From assembly GCA_964518565.1 (NCBI GenBank), contig CAZFGX010000001.1, positions 798,568 to 862,567 of the forward strand: DNA of 64,000 bases. Direction: 5' to 3'. A program made the translations under genes and the position numbers. Each line of letters opens with the position of its first letter. Within the stretch, counting starts at the first letter, position 1. Origin of the DNA: an uncultured Gammaproteobacteria bacterium. Its GTDB lineage: Bacteria > Patescibacteriota > Microgenomatia > CAZETR01 > Amesbacteraceae. A model generated the notes under the pieces. That model saw only the letters and a list, made by a program, of their open reading frames with translations. It ran no database searches and had not been told where the DNA came from. Shown here one piece after another: positions 60,844 through 64,000 of this stretch.

Positions 60844-61269
60844 TCAATCAGCTTTATAACGCGCCCGACCATTGAGTAATTTTATTTGCCTGACACACCA
60901 TTCCGACAACCACCGCACGCTTTCCCATACTTTATGATGCAATCCTTCCTCTACTTGCGTTTGAGTTAATGGCAATGTCACAGTAGCATTTTGTGGATCC
61001 ACAGTCCGCAACAGTACTTGACCTGTATAGTCATCTACAAGTGTTGGTGGCAACTGTGCCTTTTTATCCACGTTCTCCACATATCCCTCAAGTTCTGGAG
61101 CCGTTTCAGGACTGGTCAATACTTCTTTAGCCAAAGCATCAGTAGCAGGCTTTGTTTCCGAAACTGGCGCAGTCTCCTTACCCCGCATCCCGACACTTAC
61201 TACAGGCGGATTCAAATCCATTTGCGGATTAACCCTTGGATCATTTTTTACATCATCTGCCATATCCAT
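60844..61269 (-). CDS. hypothetical protein
   Basis: 141-aa acidic ORF. Confidence 0.4.
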   Translation of the reverse strand: MDMADDVKNDPRVNPQMDLNPPVVSVGMRGKETAPVSETKPATDALAKEVLTSPETAPELEGYVENVDKKAQLPPTLVDDYTGQVLLRTVDPQNATVTLPLTQTQVEEGLHHKVWESVRWLSEWCVRQIKLLNGRARYKAD

Positions 61270-61281
61270 ATATTACAGTAT

Positions 61282-61803
61282 CTACATCCACACTTCTTCC
61301 ACTATCCCAAGTTTCATATTCATCCATCGAGCCATGGTAAACAACCCATCAGACAATCGGTTCAAGTACTGCAATGTTTCCACTGAACCAATCTCAGTTT
61401 TGACCACCTCTCGTTCGCAGCGTCGCGCCACGGTTCTAGCCACCTGCAAAAAACCCACCGGAAAAACAAAATGCGTCAACTCTGTCAACTCCGCTGTCAT
61501 AGTATCAATCACTTCTTCTAAATGCATCGTCTCACCAGCATTGATCTTTTTTTCACTCCCAGCCAAACCCGAACCAATATTTAACAAGTTATGTTGTATC
61601 CGATGCAATTCAGTGTCTAACAAAGGATGTTGCTCCCGACACACACCAACCCAACTATTCAATTCGTCAATAGTCCCCAGCGCAATCGCCAATTGATCTC
61701 CCTTAGAAATCGCACCTCGTAATGTTTTTGTGTTTCCCTGGTCTCCTTTTTTTGTATAAATTTTCCCCGCCATATTATTCACAACACGGATCTTTAAATC
61801 CAC
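61282..61803 (-). CDS. ATP:cob(I)alamin adenosyltransferase, PduO/MMAB type
   Basis: MAGKIYTKKGDQGNT N-terminal signature; likely true start at the internal Met (~61770). Confidence 0.8.
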   Translation of the reverse strand: MDLKIRVVNNMAGKIYTKKGDQGNTKTLRGAISKGDQLAIALGTIDELNSWVGVCREQHPLLDTELHRIQHNLLNIGSGLAGSEKKINAGETMHLEEVIDTMTAELTELTHFVFPVGFLQVARTVARRCEREVVKTEIGSVETLQYLNRLSDGLFTMARWMNMKLGIVEEVWM

Positions 61804-61886
61804 AATTAGTACAAATTGCTTCCTTGCTTCCAGCTATCACACCAATTTCTTTTCCGCACACTGGACACGGTTGCAAAACTGGTTTT

Positions 61887-64000
61887 TTAACACTCGCTAT
61901 ATCCACAGGCATAACATTTCTTACAACCTTCTTCAAAAGCAAACGCAGCCTCTCCGCACGACGGACACAAGTCCGCCTTTTTCTTATGCAACAATCCTAA
62001 TTGTCCGTTGGCATGGCCATTTGTTAGATGTCCATTTCCTGTTGCAACAGGTTCAAAAGCTGGTAATTGCACAGGAGCAACTGCTGCAGTCTGTTCATGT
62101 GAGCCGCTGCCTACAAATCCAAAATGTAAACCAATTGCTTTAGCCACTGCATCTGGCAAACTCCGTACTCGATTTGGGCCAAAACCCACCGACCGGCCTC
62201 CACCAATACCCTGCAACTGCTCCATCAGTTCTCGAGCGCGTTCTTTTGCTGGCAAATGATTGCCAAAACGCAAATTCATCGAAATCAATCTTCCCAATGC
62301 TTCAGCCATCGCTGCTACTTCCGATCCAGCTTTGCCGATTGTTACAAACACTTCAAAGGGGTTACCTGTACCATCATGATTCACAGTAATAAATGCATGC
62401 CCCATCGGCGACTCGATCTTGTATGTCGCCCCTTCTACCTTCACAGGACGAGGCTTTATCACTTGTTCTTCCGCCAATTTTGTTTCCACCACTACTTCTT
62501 TTTTGTCATTCTTTGTCCCCAGATTTAATACCTGCTCATTTTTACAGCCATCTCGAAAAACAGTAATTCCTCGACATCCAGTTTCCCACGCTTCCATATA
62601 TGCCCGCTTCACATCGTCGACAGTCGATTCATTCCGCAAATTAATCGTCTTTGACACAGCATTATCTGTAAATTTTTGAAATGCCGCTTGAGTTCGAATG
62701 TGCCAAGTAGGTTCTATTTCATGCGCCGTTCCAAAAACGAACCGGACATCAGCGGGAATAGAATCAATATCTCGAATTACACCATGTTCAGCTACTTTTT
62801 TCATCAAATCTTCACTATAAATTCCCTTTTGTCTGGCCATTGATTCAAATGCCGGATTCACAAATGTCAGAGTTCTGTTTTCAGATTTCACAATATGCTG
62901 ATATGCAATCGCAAACAAAGGTTCACATCCACCTGAAGCATTAGCCAAAATACCAATCGTCCCAGTGGGAGCAATCGTTGTCACAGTACTATTACGAATT
63001 GGTAAATCATTTTTATAAATACTCTGTTTCCAAAGAGGAAAAGCTCCTCGCTCTTTTGCCAACTGCACCGAAGCCGCGTGTCCTTCAGTATTAATCACTC
63101 GCATCACTTCTTCTGCCAATTCAATTGCCTTTTCACTATCATAGGCAATCCCCAACTCCACCAACATATCTGCCCAACCCCCTACTCCCAACCCAATACG
63201 TCGAATATTGTGCACTGTCTCAGCAATTTGCGGCAAAGGAAACGGATTCATTTCAATCACCGAATCGAGCATTCGCACTGCCGTATGTGTAACTTCTTTC
63301 AATTTTTGCCAATCTACTTTTTTGTCTGGGGTCACAAAGTATCCCAAGAAAATACTTCCCAAATTACAAGCGTCAAAAGGATACAAAGGTTGCTCTCCAC
63401 ACGGATTAGTACTCTCCACTTCCCAACCTTCCATTCGGATTGGATTTGCCGCACTCTGATTTATCCTATCAATAAAGATTAGTCCCGGATCTCCTGTTTT
63501 CCATGCCGACTCAGCAATTTCATTCCACACATGCCGGGCATTTAGCTTCCCTACTACTTTTTTTGATTCAGGAGCTATTAATTCATACTCACCGTCATGT
63601 GCCAAAGCGTCCATAAATGCGTCAGTTATGGTCACCGAAATATTAAAATTAGTAATCCCTACTCCATCATCTTTACAGTGAATAAATTCCAAAATATCCG
63701 GATGATCCACCCGCAAAATACCCATGTTTGCTCCTCTTCGCATTCCACCTTGTTTTACTTGTTGCGTAGCTTCGTTATAAATCTTCATAAACGAAATTGG
63801 GCCCGAAGCCACACCCATCGTAGATCGCACTCGTGAACCCTTTGCCCGCAAACGCGAAAATGAAAAGCCAGTCCCTCCACCGCTTTGATGAATGAGTCCC
63901 TGATATTTCACCCCATCAAAAATTCCTTCCAGGCTGTCAGGCACTGGTAATACGTAGCAAGCGCTATATTGCAAACCATTATCTTTACCTGCATTCATTA
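61887..64000 (-). CDS. nrdJ: adenosylcobalamin-dependent (class II) ribonucleotide reductase, N-terminus beyond window
   Basis: ORF runs to the window edge; conserved RNR blocks (NPCGEQPL, TIAPTGTI, PxxxxRN) and a C-terminal Cys zinc-ribbon tail (CPSCG...CKKCYACG). Confidence 0.85.
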   Translation of the reverse strand, partial: MNAGKDNGLQYSACYVLPVPDSLEGIFDGVKYQGLIHQSGGGTGFSFSRLRAKGSRVRSTMGVASGPISFMKIYNEATQQVKQGGMRRGANMGILRVDHPDILEFIHCKDDGVGITNFNISVTITDAFMDALAHDGEYELIAPESKKVVGKLNARHVWNEIAESAWKTGDPGLIFIDRINQSAANPIRMEGWEVESTNPCGEQPLYPFDACNLGSIFLGYFVTPDKKVDWQKLKEVTHTAVRMLDSVIEMNPFPLPQIAETVHNIRRIGLGVGGWADMLVELGIAYDSEKAIELAEEVMRVINTEGHAASVQLAKERGAFPLWKQSIYKNDLPIRNSTVTTIAPTGTIGILANASGGCEPLFAIAYQHIVKSENRTLTFVNPAFESMARQKGIYSEDLMKKVAEHGVIRDIDSIPADVRFVFGTAHEIEPTWHIRTQAAFQKFTDNAVSKTINLRNESTVDDVKRAYMEAWETGCRGITVFRDGCKNEQVLNLGTKNDKKEVVVETKLAEEQVIKPRPVKVEGATYKIESPMGHAFITVNHDGTGNPFEVFVTIGKAGSEVAAMAEALGRLISMNLRFGNHLPAKERARELMEQLQGIGGGRSVGFGPNRVRSLPDAVAKAIGLHFGFVGSGSHEQTAAVAPVQLPAFEPVATGNGHLTNGHANGQLGLLHKKKADLCPSCGEAAFAFEEGCKKCYACGYSEC

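Overview
AT-rich (~40% GC) bacterial chromosome segment, standard genetic code, gene content typical of a small-genome Patescibacteria/CPR-like organism. The lineage assignment is an inference from gene content, not a verified result.

Main content:
- An atypically organised rRNA locus. 5S (3648-3769) and 23S (3865-7405) sit on the minus strand. The 23S carries two ~310-330 bp insertions at classic group I intron sites (E. coli L2500 and L1917-1931). tRNA-Ala(UGC) lies just upstream of 23S, but the 16S gene (27060-28543, minus) is ~19.5 kb away.
- That gap holds a MacAB-like ABC efflux triplet and a cluster of eight large secreted, Pro/Thr-linker-rich proteins. These include a clan GH-A glycoside hydrolase with a canonical two-repeat dockerin, a neighbour with a cohesin-like module, a PQQ-type sugar dehydrogenase beta-propeller and a CBM4/9-like protein. 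Five of them share an unrecognised ~145-aa C-terminal domain (six copies). tRNA-Ile(GAU) is displaced into this cluster on the opposite strand, with a truncated tRNA-like copy in front.
- At the 5' edge is a VKOR-domain fused to a class-2 dihydroorotate dehydrogenase, C-terminus cut by the window.
- A long co-directional housekeeping block spans 28.6-45.4 kb. I read its members from motifs as SpoU, DsbA-like, TrxB, TrxA, Pth, an ATP-dependent DNA ligase, Fic, Nnr, RecF, Fpg, GT4, a 5'-3' exonuclease, FtsH and TrpS.
- An accessory, ORFan-rich stretch (45.4-58.4 kb) holds tandem paralogous membrane proteins, a shared ~35-bp intergenic motif, a GC-rich structured RNA candidate with a tRNA-like 3' end (tmRNA-like), an HTH/LAGLIDADG-like ORF, tRNA-Met, a tyrosine recombinase, a tRNA with a UAU anticodon and a VirD4/TraD-like ATPase.
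- The window ends with a PduO-type cobalamin adenosyltransferase next to a partial class II (B12-dependent) ribonucleotide reductase.

No CRISPR array, transposase or reverse transcriptase was seen. All calls rest on motif recognition by eye from the translated ORFs and need HMM or structure confirmation.
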